DNA from: a virus
Lineage: Duplodnaviria > Caudoviricetes
DNA length: 60,246 nt
Direction: 5' to 3' (one strand)
IMG/VR virus record: IMGVR_UViG_3300035670_000226
Span: 1-60,246 of that record
The notes under the pieces are model-generated. The model made no database searches, had not been told where the DNA came from, and was given only the letters and a program-made list of their open reading frames with translations. Both the position numbers and the translations under genes were made by a program. Within the stretch, counting starts at the first letter, position 1, and each line of letters opens with the position of its first letter. Shown here piece by piece: positions 44,244 to 52,785 of this stretch.

Positions 44244-44504
44244 CTACTTACTTTGGAAGGGATTGCTGCCAGAAGGTTCTCCATCAAAACTGAATACACC
44301 TTTTCTGGTCTGTGAGCTCAGCGAAAGAGGTCTACCCATATTTTCAGCAATCTCAGCAGTCTTAAATCCAGTTGCTCTTTCTGCGGTTGATGAAAGGCCC
44401 TTCTGCAGAGATGCGCCTGCGTTAGGTCCGCCATACCTATACGCAGGGGCCATGCTCTGAGGCTTAGAAAGCGAGCTAATGGGATTAACGTCATACAGTG
44501 ACAT
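44244..44504 (-). CDS. Hypothetical protein
   Basis: AAGGAG SD. Confidence 0.55.
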   Translation of the reverse strand: MSLYDVNPISSLSKPQSMAPAYRYGGPNAGASLQKGLSSTAERATGFKTAEIAENMGRPLSLSSQTRKGVFSFDGEPSGSNPFQSK

Positions 44505-44513
44505 TAATACTCC

Positions 44514-44999
44514 TTAGTACTGGTCGTTAAGTGCATCCATAAAGTTAGGGTTCTGACGTCCCATAACCGACGGAATAACCCGTGAGTTTGCCATGGTAGG
44601 TCCAACGGTTGGGTCCACGGTTGCTGGAGTGGAGACCGAAACCCTGTACGAAGCGCCTAGTTCCTCGTTGTAAAGAACGTTTGAACGGTTAGCCTTACCA
44701 CCAGCGGTTGGGTCCATTGCCTGCACGTTGTGCTTTGGCATTAGAGTGCCTTTTTCTGGCGATGCTGCGTTTGCAGTGTAGTCATCGGCGTCTTGGCGGT
44801 CTGAAATCATTGCGTGACCTTCTTCTTTCTCTTCGTACCCGATAGGGATTCGAGGGCTGTTAGCCTGTTTAGCGTCTTCGTAGTGCTCGTCCAAAGTATC
44901 GTGGTAACGAGTGTTGTCGGACTCTGCTGCCTCAAGGTGGTTAGATGGGGCACCAACACGGCGGCGCATTGCGTGGCCCATATCAGTCCACTTCTGCAT
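44514..44999 (-). CDS. Hypothetical (probably structural) protein
   Basis: AAGGAG SD; putative late promoter upstream. Confidence 0.6.
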   Translation of the reverse strand: MQKWTDMGHAMRRRVGAPSNHLEAAESDNTRYHDTLDEHYEDAKQANSPRIPIGYEEKEEGHAMISDRQDADDYTANAASPEKGTLMPKHNVQAMDPTAGGKANRSNVLYNEELGASYRVSVSTPATVDPTVGPTMANSRVIPSVMGRQNPNFMDALNDQY

Positions 45000-45026
45000 T
45001 TAGACTCCTTAAAAAGTTGTGATACC

Positions 45027-45062
45027 AGAATACGGCGAATTTAGCTCGCTGTAATGGTAAAT
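45027..45062 (-). promoter_or_regulatory. Putative late promoter ATTTAC-N24-TATTCT
   Basis: Fixed-spacing motif at the replication-to-structural boundary. Confidence 0.5.
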
Positions 45063-45337
45063 ATGATTGCGCTAATCTCGCCGTCATGCGACGTAATTGT
45101 GGTAAATCCTGGCTTGCAAGTTAGGTCTAAGCCACGTGGAGCAGCGTACCCTCTGGCGATTGCGATGGCTTTTACAGCTTGATTGACGGCTCCTGCGCCA
45201 ACTGCACGAAGCTTAACGGTGCGGTTGTCATAAACGGCGTGAGCGATTGCTGATGCTACGGATTGAGGGTTAGACCCTGCGGAGACCCGTAGGAAAGGCT
45301 CCTCGGTTGTTTGAGGAGTTAGTTCGTGGTCTGTCAT
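45041..45337 (-). CDS. spoVS: SpoVS-family protein
   Basis: LRVSAGSNPQSVASAIA...AVGAGAVNQAVKAIAIARGY...PGF. Confidence 0.93.
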   Translation of the reverse strand: MTDHELTPQTTEEPFLRVSAGSNPQSVASAIAHAVYDNRTVKLRAVGAGAVNQAVKAIAIARGYAAPRGLDLTCKPGFTTITSHDGEISAIIFTITAS

Positions 45338-45400
45338 TTAGTGTGCCTTTGTTGTCGATGTTGTGCGCCATCCTCGACATCAATGGTGACAGAAAAAAAG

Positions 45401-46000
45401 CTACTTGTCCTTGTATTTAGGGTCTGTTATTTGTTTTACTACGGCTTCCTCCACTGAGGAAGTAGCAATCCCAGCTGCTAGTCTGGCTAGGGCGTAGGAG
45501 TCGGCGGCGTTATCGTCGGTGAACTCTACTCCCCAATTCTTGTAAATCTGCAGCAGCATCTCTTGTTTCTTGGAGTTGCCCTTGCCAGTAGCGTACTTCT
45601 TCAAGGTCATAGGAGGGATTAAAAACGGAGTTCGTAGGTGCTCTTCATAAGGAACCACACTGTACAAGTTTCCATCAAAGTAATTCCAAATAGACATTCG
45701 AACTACCCCGCACAGCTCTGCCAATGGGAGAGTAGATGGGCTGGCCATCACTGGAGTCTCCATAGCAATGTTCTTGACTCTGTGCCCATTTGCGTCTAAA
45801 AAGTCAAACTTAGATTCCATCCACCATTGAATGTCGGCAAGGCGTCGGATACCTCGTAGGTCTGACTTGTAAACCCAAGTCTCATAAGCGTCTGGTCTGT
45901 CTACGTTTAAAGCTGTCAGGGCAAATCCAGTCAAAGACTGGTCAATACCTATCGCTACATTTCCAGGCAGTAAACCACCATCAAAAACTTTTTCGGCCAT
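45401..46000 (-). CDS. ruvC: RuvC-like Holliday junction resolvase
   Basis: IGIDQSL, AME, PMTLKKYATGKGN.KK, DNAADS. Confidence 0.85.
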   Translation of the reverse strand: MAEKVFDGGLLPGNVAIGIDQSLTGFALTALNVDRPDAYETWVYKSDLRGIRRLADIQWWMESKFDFLDANGHRVKNIAMETPVMASPSTLPLAELCGVVRMSIWNYFDGNLYSVVPYEEHLRTPFLIPPMTLKKYATGKGNSKKQEMLLQIYKNWGVEFTDDNAADSYALARLAAGIATSSVEEAVVKQITDPKYKDK

Positions 46001-46020
46001 AGTGTGCCCTCCTATTTGAC

Positions 46021-46305
46021 CTACGCTGCCACAGGAGACTTATAGGCCATACGAGCCTTGGTATCATCGCTGTGAATTGCGTTTACCAAGTTCTGTATCG
46101 CACCTAGACGGAACCCTGACCAGTGCTGAGTTCCTGCCACCACAACAGGAGCTGCATTGTAGCCTAGCTCGTTAGTCACATACTTCATAGCTGCTTCGTC
46201 GGTAGATAGGTCTACGACGCTGAACTGGACACCGCCTCTAGTCAAAGTCTTCTTGGTCATGTCGCACTGTGGGCATGTTGGCGTGGTGTATACAGTAACC
46301 TGCAT
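46021..46305 (-). CDS. nrdH: NrdH-like glutaredoxin
   Basis: VYTTPTCPQC..TKK.L, APVV, HWSGFR. Confidence 0.9.
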   Translation of the reverse strand: MQVTVYTTPTCPQCDMTKKTLTRGGVQFSVVDLSTDEAAMKYVTNELGYNAAPVVVAGTQHWSGFRLGAIQNLVNAIHSDDTKARMAYKSPVAA

Positions 46306-46346
46306 TTGGGGTCTCCTAGGACTAGATTCGGACAATAAGACACCCA

Positions 46347-46811
46347 TTATAGTGACCATTCTTTTCGAGTTGACCTCAAATCGTTTGACCTTCTAGTTAG
46401 CTCTCTACTAACAAGAGAAATATCTCGTTCGTAGTTGCCCAGCATCATCTCAACAAGCTTTCGATACGCATATTTGTCCTCATAATCGTCTGCTAGTGAG
46501 ACAATTTGGTCGTCTATCGCAATCTGCGCTTTCACTAAAGTTACCCGCTCGCCCTTGACTGCTGAACCCATTCTTGTTACCAAGAGCTTGTTCTCCATGA
46601 AGTCAAGCTTCTTTTGAGCAGCACGTTCTTCAATCTGTGCGATTGCCAATTGGGAGGCAGCGTAATCTGCCCATGCTGTAAGAACCGTGAACCTTTCTCC
46701 AAGTTGCTCACTGCTCAAAGTGGTGATGTCTGATGGAAGGTCACCTACGTCCATTGTGGGACGTTGGATGCTTAGTCCAAGCTCCCGTAGTTTAGCTAGT
46801 GCGTCTGACAT
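46347..46811 (-). CDS. Helical protein, possibly a UvsY-like recombination mediator
   Basis: All-helical coiled coil within the RecA/nuclease cluster; function inferred from context. Confidence 0.45.
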   Translation of the reverse strand: MSDALAKLRELGLSIQRPTMDVGDLPSDITTLSSEQLGERFTVLTAWADYAASQLAIAQIEERAAQKKLDFMENKLLVTRMGSAVKGERVTLVKAQIAIDDQIVSLADDYEDKYAYRKLVEMMLGNYERDISLVSRELTRRSNDLRSTRKEWSL

Positions 46812-47653
46812 TATTCGCTGTACCCTTCGCACTGCTTGCAGGTTCCTCCAACGTTGTTGTTGCATGGAGGTTCGGAGTTAGTCTCAACCGCTGTAATCAC
46901 CTTTGCACAGTTATCAAAGATGTGTCGAACAAGCTCGTAATCTGCCTTGACTGAAAACTCCTTGTAGTCTTGGTCGGCCTTCAGCTCATACAGGAATACA
47001 ATCTCGTTGACTTCGTGACCCATACGCTTCATTAGCTCTAGGTACATCTGCCCCTGAAGAAGGTGCGAGCGGAATGGTCGGCGTACGTTTCGCCATGCGG
47101 CCATGAAATCCATCCCAGGCTCAAACAAGTCTGGTGACTCTGCTCGGATTGTTCCAGGTCCAATCGACTTAATTTCAATCAGAGTATCGTCACCGAGACC
47201 CTTAATCCAGCCATCAGTGTGCCCCTTAATTCGCAAAGCGTCATCGGACAAAGTAACTTCGGCGTACTCTAAACGCTTGTGACCACAGTGCTCACAGGTA
47301 TCTGGAGAAGTTCCCCAAGTAATTTGCTCGCAGGCTACACACTCAAACTTTCCGTGTAGTACGCCCATCTCATAGAACCAGTTCTGCCACTTAGCGTGGA
47401 TAGCGTGGCCTTCATCAAAGATGGACTGTAAGCGCAAGTTAGGGCGCTCTTGAATCTTTTGGTGACCCCTTAGAAGGAAGTATGATGCCCTACGACACCA
47501 GTCCTTCTTGATAATCTCTGATGGGTGCAGAACGTCTGTCCTGCGGTCGCCAGGAGGACGGGATAGTAAGTGACGCTCTACGTCTCCGACCAATCGAGTC
47601 TTCTTGTTCTTGGCTTCTAAAAACTTTTTCAAGTCAGTGTTCGTTACTGGCAT
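46811..47653 (-). CDS. Cas4/RecB-like PD-(D/E)XK exonuclease
   Basis: HPSE..WC, G.AIH, GHTDG, IEIKS, Q..MY, C-terminal C..CKQC. Confidence 0.85.
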   Translation of the reverse strand: MPVTNTDLKKFLEAKNKKTRLVGDVERHLLSRPPGDRRTDVLHPSEIIKKDWCRRASYFLLRGHQKIQERPNLRLQSIFDEGHAIHAKWQNWFYEMGVLHGKFECVACEQITWGTSPDTCEHCGHKRLEYAEVTLSDDALRIKGHTDGWIKGLGDDTLIEIKSIGPGTIRAESPDLFEPGMDFMAAWRNVRRPFRSHLLQGQMYLELMKRMGHEVNEIVFLYELKADQDYKEFSVKADYELVRHIFDNCAKVITAVETNSEPPCNNNVGGTCKQCEGYSE

Positions 47654-47984
47654 TTAGGCCCTCCCTTTCTTTAAAGATGTAGTCCTTTAAACTCATCTTA
47701 CCTTTATAGCTCTTTTGCCACTTTCGCACAAGTGCGTTACGTTCTCTATGCGATAAGCCTCCCCATATTCCATGCTGCTCTTCTGTCACCACCGCCTCCC
47801 ACAAGCAGTTTGCTCGAACTGGGCAAGGAAGGGTTCCTTTAGGGCCATTGCAGTATGTTTTAGCTTCTGCGGCTATTTTGTTATATAGAAGCTTGTCTCT
47901 CGGTGGATAGAATATCTCCGTGTCTGCGGTTGCACACTTTGCGTCTGCTCTCCAAGAAAAGTCAAGATTTTCGTCAAGTATCAA
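47634..47984 (-). CDS. whiB: WhiB-family Fe-S transcription factor (second copy)
   Basis: WRADAKC...EIFYP...AK.YC...CPVRANC...GIWGGLS.RER. Confidence 0.92.
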   Translation of the reverse strand: MILDENLDFSWRADAKCATADTEIFYPPRDKLLYNKIAAEAKTYCNGPKGTLPCPVRANCLWEAVVTEEQHGIWGGLSHRERNALVRKWQKSYKGKMSLKDYIFKEREGLNASNEH

Positions 47985-48288
47985 GTTTCTGCACCAGCTC
48001 TAACAGGTCGGTCTCCAATAGAATCACGTAGTCCTCCCCGTCCAAGTGCAGTCCAAAGACAGGCATACGCCCGTCCATAATTGCCTCGGTTGTTATCTTT
48101 TTGAGCTCGGATGATTGAATTGTCTTGGACTTCTTTCCTGTCCACTTGTGCTCAATCAAAAGCTCTTCTGACCTCACATCGCCTTTGCGAGACCAGAACG
48201 CTCCAGAAGCAGCAGTACGAGAACCACCAATAGCTTTTGCTAGGCGGTTCTCGTGCTTGCGAGACTGCTTCTGACCTTCAGACCTCAA
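47974..48288 (-). CDS. PD-(D/E)XK Holliday-junction-resolvase-like endonuclease
   Basis: HE.RLAK..GG.RT.ASGA....KGDV....LIEHK. Confidence 0.75.
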   Translation of the reverse strand: MRSEGQKQSRKHENRLAKAIGGSRTAASGAFWSRKGDVRSEELLIEHKWTGKKSKTIQSSELKKITTEAIMDGRMPVFGLHLDGEDYVILLETDLLELVQKLDT

Positions 48289-48512
48289 GAGAGTGGGTTC
48301 TCCACTAGCTTGAGAGCGTGAAGGAGTCCTTCAGTGTACTGAGTGTGCTTACCAGCTCTAATCGCCATCGTAATGTCTCGGTTAATTACCCAAACCAAAC
48401 GGTTACGTAGCTCCTGCTGGCCATCTTTACGAAAGCCCTCAATTTGCTCTTGTTCGTGCTGAGCCATTAGCTCTTCCTGTTCAGCAAATGACAGCTCATT
48501 CATTTTCGCCAT
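48285..48512 (-). CDS. Hypothetical protein
   Basis: AGGAGG SD. Confidence 0.55.
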   Translation of the reverse strand: MAKMNELSFAEQEELMAQHEQEQIEGFRKDGQQELRNRLVWVINRDITMAIRAGKHTQYTEGLLHALKLVENPLS

Positions 48513-49557
48513 CTTGTCCTCCTACAACAAATGCATCTGGTGTTGATAGTACTTTAGCACGAAGCTCGTCTACCAAGTCAAGCTCTTCCCTCAGCGAGTT
48601 GACAAATGCCTCTTGTCCCTGCCACTTGCGCTCGCCATAGTAAATCCATCCGCCCTTACGGTCTACAACATCCTTAACAATAGACATAGCAGCCACTTCA
48701 CGAGCAACGTCATACTCACCTGCGAAGTTAACTCCGCTGTCTTGGAAGTAGAAGTCCACGTAAGCCACACGCTGTGGTGGAGCAGTCTTGTTCTTGATGG
48801 TGCGAATCTTGATGCGCTGGCCTACACGAACCTTGTTGGTTCCTGAACCTTCTTCAATCCACTCGTCACGACGAACCTCTGAGCGAGTAAAGAATGCGTA
48901 GTTCTTACCTTCGCCACCAGGGGTGGTGCGTGGGTCTCCGTGCATTACGCCAATCTTCATGCGGTACTGGTTGATGATTAGCCCCAAAACAGCTCGCTCG
49001 TCTTCGACAAGAGAACGCTTCATGGCTCCACCAACGACACGGAAGAACTTGTTGGTTAGTAGAGCGCCCTTACCCACAGTCATTTCGCTCATGTCCTTCT
49101 CCATCTCTGGAGCTGGGGATAGCGCTGGCAGGGAGTCAATCACGATGGCGTCAACAGCCTTACGCTCTGCAAAGTTAATTACAGCTTGGTATGCCTCTTC
49201 CATTACGGTGGTCTCTACAACGATTACACGACTCAGGTCAACGCCACACATCTCGGCGTACTCTGGAACCCACTGCTCTGCAGCTACCCACACAGTGGTG
49301 AACTCTGGGTTGGCCTGCTGGTTAGCGGCAATGGTCTTTAATGCGATAGCGGTCTTACCGTGGCTTGGCTCTCCAATAAGCTCATTCCACTGGTTAGCAG
49401 GGAATCCACCGCCAAGGATGTAGTCAAAGGTGGTGGAGCCAGTGGTAAAGCGACCGACTAGGTCAGACCTAATCTCGTTACCAATTACTACGGTATTAGC
49501 ACCAAACTTTTTGTTTAGTTCAGCCATTACCTTCATGGCCTCTGGGTTAATCATCAT
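48496..49557 (-). CDS. recA: RecA-like recombinase
   Basis: GEPSHGKT, IVIDS, INQYRMKIGVMHGDPRTTPGG, KNKTAPP. Confidence 0.93.
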   Translation of the reverse strand: MMINPEAMKVMAELNKKFGANTVVIGNEIRSDLVGRFTTGSTTFDYILGGGFPANQWNELIGEPSHGKTAIALKTIAANQQANPEFTTVWVAAEQWVPEYAEMCGVDLSRVIVVETTVMEEAYQAVINFAERKAVDAIVIDSLPALSPAPEMEKDMSEMTVGKGALLTNKFFRVVGGAMKRSLVEDERAVLGLIINQYRMKIGVMHGDPRTTPGGEGKNYAFFTRSEVRRDEWIEEGSGTNKVRVGQRIKIRTIKNKTAPPQRVAYVDFYFQDSGVNFAGEYDVAREVAAMSIVKDVVDRKGGWIYYGERKWQGQEAFVNSLREELDLVDELRAKVLSTPDAFVVGGQDGENE

Positions 49558-49729
49558 TTTCCTTTCCTCCTCTTAATAGGTCTAACACACGTGTACGAAC
49601 CTCTTCAGATAGAAGCAGGTCCAACTTAACGAGAGTCATGCAACGCTCTAGCTCGTCTTCTCGCCCAAACTTGTAACCATCTTCGTAATGGTTACGCAAA
49701 TCTTCTAGATAACCTTCTGAGAGCTCCAC
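49547..49729 (-). CDS. Hypothetical protein
   Basis: ORF track. Confidence 0.5.
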   Translation of the reverse strand: MELSEGYLEDLRNHYEDGYKFGREDELERCMTLVKLDLLLSEEVRTRVLDLLRGGKENDD

Positions 49730-49911
49730 AGGGAGGCCTTTCGCTCATGTCTCTTGAGGGTGAGCACAGCGTCGTAGTGTCCGTGCTTTTTTAGCACATC
49801 TACAATTCGAATGTACTCGCTCTGTTGGCCTGCTGATTCTCCTCTAGTCATGGCAGCAGCGTAGTGCTCTGCAGCTACTTCTAGCGGGATTAACTGCTCT
49901 AACTTTTCCAT
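49705..49911 (-). CDS. Hypothetical protein
   Basis: Coupled to upstream stop. Confidence 0.5.
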   Translation of the reverse strand: MEKLEQLIPLEVAAEHYAAAMTRGESAGQQSEYIRIVDVLKKHGHYDAVLTLKRHERKASLWSSQKVI

Positions 49912-50288
49912 TAGTTAACCCTTCCAATAATCCCTTGCGGATTGTAGTTGTTAGTGGTGTCATTTCCACGAGCACCCTTAGTATCTCCTACTACTTGTGC
50001 CCCTGTCAAGGAGCCATACTTGCTTCCTGACTGTTCCATCGGGTACCCGCACTCATAACACCGTGACTTTGACCCGTTAAACCCAAAGTACTTGTCTGAG
50101 CCACAGTCGGGGCATGTAGCCGTCTGTGAAGCGCTTTGAGCCTTTGGAGCGTTTGACTGTACCTGAGGGGGTTGATACGCCGTCATAGGCACCTGTGACG
50201 GAGGCTGAGGGATGCTCTGAGTCCTAGCTGGAGGTGGAGTTGGCTGTTGCTCTTGAAGTTTCTTTGCCCACCAGTCTGCACTACTCAT
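49911..50288 (-). CDS. Zinc-ribbon protein
   Basis: CPDCGS...RCYECGYP. Confidence 0.7.
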   Translation of the reverse strand: MSSADWWAKKLQEQQPTPPPARTQSIPQPPSQVPMTAYQPPQVQSNAPKAQSASQTATCPDCGSDKYFGFNGSKSRCYECGYPMEQSGSKYGSLTGAQVVGDTKGARGNDTTNNYNPQGIIGRVN

Positions 50289-50698
50289 TTGTACCTCTTT
50301 GGAATCTCTAGAAGCCCCATGTCTACCAGTTGAGAGATTGACCCCAACAAAGCAGCAATCGAGACTTGCTCTAATAACTTACGGCTATCCCACCAAACGG
50401 CATCAGGTAAGTGGCTGAATGACTCTGGAACATTAGTTCTCTGGTACTCTACGGCACCTTGAGAGAGTGCTTGGGCTTGGGCAAAAATAAGAGGAATTAA
50501 GTGAGAGATTTTCTCTACTCTCTTTTCGCTTTCTTCTTCTTCTTTTTCCATAACCTCTTCGCTAAGCGAGGCACACCCGAGAATAACGCTAATCTCATGA
50601 GCATTGTTAATTTGAGAGTCAAGGATTAGACCACGAACCCTACTATTAAGTTCAGCCATAGAAAGTTCGGCCGTAGAAGTTCGTCTAAACCATCTCAT
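50285..50698 (-). CDS. Hypothetical protein
   Basis: ATGA overlaps on both sides. Confidence 0.6.
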   Translation of the reverse strand: MRWFRRTSTAELSMAELNSRVRGLILDSQINNAHEISVILGCASLSEEVMEKEEEESEKRVEKISHLIPLIFAQAQALSQGAVEYQRTNVPESFSHLPDAVWWDSRKLLEQVSIAALLGSISQLVDMGLLEIPKRYK

Positions 50699-52698
50699 TT
50701 AGCCTCTCCCCATTTATCCACGATGTGTGCTTCAGCGATTAGTGGGACTGTAATCTCCTTTAGTCTAATGCCTTCCATGGACATTTTGATTGCGGCAAGC
50801 GTGTCTTCTGCACGGTCTTCTGGAGTAATTGTTACCAATTCATCGTGAACAGTCAGAATGAGGTTAATGTCAGGTTCGTTGACAAAGCAGCTGTGCGCTC
50901 TCACAATAGCCAGCTTCATGATGTCTGCTGCAGAACCCTGAATCACAGTATTAAAAGCCTGACGTTCTGCCCTAGAAAGCATCCCGAAGTCTTTGCTCTT
51001 TAGCTCTGGAATGTACCTGCGACGTCCAAACAAAGTTTCGACATACGGCACAGATGGACGGTGCTGAGCAAACCTGATAACTTCAGCCTTGTACTTAGCA
51101 ATAGAAGAAAACCGCTTCTCAAAGTCTGTCAATAGATTCTTTGCCTCTTTTAGAGAACACCCGATAGAGCTAGCAATTTTGTCTGGACCCACGCCATACG
51201 AGATAGCTAGTACAAGAACCTTACCTGCTTTACGGTCTACCCCCATGGTGTCACCAATAGTGGTGTAAATGTCTCCACCTTCTAGGTAGTTCTTCATGAG
51301 AATAGGGTCTTTTGAAAGAGACGCAATTACTCGTGGTTCAATCTGAGAGTAGTCAGCCACTACAAGCTTGTAGCCTGGGGGCGCAATAAACAGGTTTCGA
51401 ACCAGCTTGCCGTACTCACCTGAGGATGGGATGTTCTGTAGGTTTGGCTCTGAGGAGCTGAACCTGCCCGTCTCGGCACCATGTGCCTTGAAGTTTGTGT
51501 GCACACGACCGTTAATCAGGAGGCTCTTCTTGGTAATGGTCTTCTTCTTACCGTTGGTCTCACGCTCAACTTCTCCTCCTGTGTAGGGAGTTACGTAAGT
51601 GGTCATGAGCTTATTTAAGTCTTGGTACTCCAGCAAAGCATTCACTAGAGCGTCTTTTCCTCTAAACACTTCAAGAGCGTCTGCACTTACGGAGTACATG
51701 CTAGGGAGTAAATCTTTACCCTGCTTGACAGCCTCTTTACCCTTTGGGGTCAGGGAGTTCTGATAGTTAGGATTTGGCTTTAAACGAGGTTTTCCAGTCG
51801 CAGGATTAACATCAAACAAAAGCTTTTGCTTAATGGGCACAGAGTTAATTGAGAACGCAGCACCTGCTTCTTTAAAAGCATTGGCTTTAGCAGCCTCTAA
51901 GTCTGCGCCAATCTGCTCTTTCAGAGTGTCTAGTTCTTTCCTGTCAATGTACGCACCAGTCAGCTCCATATCGCAAAGAGCGCCAAGGACATCCATCTCC
52001 AGCTTCCAGACCTTTTGAAGTGAGCCGTCAATTTTAGGGGCAAGGACTTTGTATAACTTCCAAGTGACTTCTGCGTCGATGGCAGAGTACTTGGCAACCT
52101 CATCAAAAGCATGCTGGGAGATGTCCTCTCCAACACCCTTCTCAATTTCAATCCCCAATTCTCGTCTAACGCAGGCTTGCAAGCTCAGGTCAAACTTGTT
52201 TAAGTTGTTAACGATAAAGGCTGCCATGAGAGTGTCGAAGTATGGCTTTGCAGGAACTTGCTTCCTGAAGTACTTCGCTACTGACTTCAAATCAAACTTA
52301 ACATTGTGACCAATCTTTAACTGGTCACTAAACATAATTGGTTGGATTGCCTTAAACACTTCTCCAGGCATTAGCTGCTGTGGTGGCTCTCCAAACTGGG
52401 GCTTCCAGTGAGCCTTGTTCTTAGAAAAGTGGGCATCGGTCAGAGGCTTGCCCTTAGCAACCTGTGCTTGACCAGCCTTTAGAAGTGGCTTGGTCCAAAA
52501 CTGAAACTCTCCATTTGGGTGACCCATAGGGATAACGTCTACTCGTCCCTCGGTTGCAAATGAAATCCAACAAACGTCGTTAATTACAGGCTGGATTCTG
52601 TTCTCGCCAATGGTCTCAACGTCAAACGCAAATGCAGGAACTTTTTGATAAAAAGAAACAAACTCTTCGAGCTGCTCTGTTGTAGTAATGATGTTCAT
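50695..52698 (-). CDS. polA: DNA polymerase family A with 3'-5' exonuclease
   Basis: FDVET, GHNVKFD, TGRFSSSEPNLQNIP, ADYSQIEPR, K....AISYG, QGSAADI, VHDE. Confidence 0.96.
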   Translation of the reverse strand: MNIITTTEQLEEFVSFYQKVPAFAFDVETIGENRIQPVINDVCWISFATEGRVDVIPMGHPNGEFQFWTKPLLKAGQAQVAKGKPLTDAHFSKNKAHWKPQFGEPPQQLMPGEVFKAIQPIMFSDQLKIGHNVKFDLKSVAKYFRKQVPAKPYFDTLMAAFIVNNLNKFDLSLQACVRRELGIEIEKGVGEDISQHAFDEVAKYSAIDAEVTWKLYKVLAPKIDGSLQKVWKLEMDVLGALCDMELTGAYIDRKELDTLKEQIGADLEAAKANAFKEAGAAFSINSVPIKQKLLFDVNPATGKPRLKPNPNYQNSLTPKGKEAVKQGKDLLPSMYSVSADALEVFRGKDALVNALLEYQDLNKLMTTYVTPYTGGEVERETNGKKKTITKKSLLINGRVHTNFKAHGAETGRFSSSEPNLQNIPSSGEYGKLVRNLFIAPPGYKLVVADYSQIEPRVIASLSKDPILMKNYLEGGDIYTTIGDTMGVDRKAGKVLVLAISYGVGPDKIASSIGCSLKEAKNLLTDFEKRFSSIAKYKAEVIRFAQHRPSVPYVETLFGRRRYIPELKSKDFGMLSRAERQAFNTVIQGSAADIMKLAIVRAHSCFVNEPDINLILTVHDELVTITPEDRAEDTLAAIKMSMEGIRLKEITVPLIAEAHIVDKWGEAK

Positions 52699-52725
52699 AT
52701 AGTGCCCCTATATCCTCAAAAGTGT

Positions 52726-52775
52726 AAAAAGGGGGAGCCATGATTAAAGGAGGACTACGAAGCCATGGCTCCCCC
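52726..52775 (-). terminator. Intrinsic terminator with a 21-nt loop
   Basis: gggggagccatg/catggctccccc plus TTTTT on the minus strand. Confidence 0.75.
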
Positions 52776-52785
52776 AAGGTGTGAG

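Noticed and set aside
46811-47653. CRISPR-associated cas4
   Set aside because: Standalone Cas4-like nuclease within a recombination cluster, as is common in phages
48923-49423. 166-aa antisense ORF in recA
   Set aside because: Typical stop-free reverse frame of a biased gene; no RBS or motif
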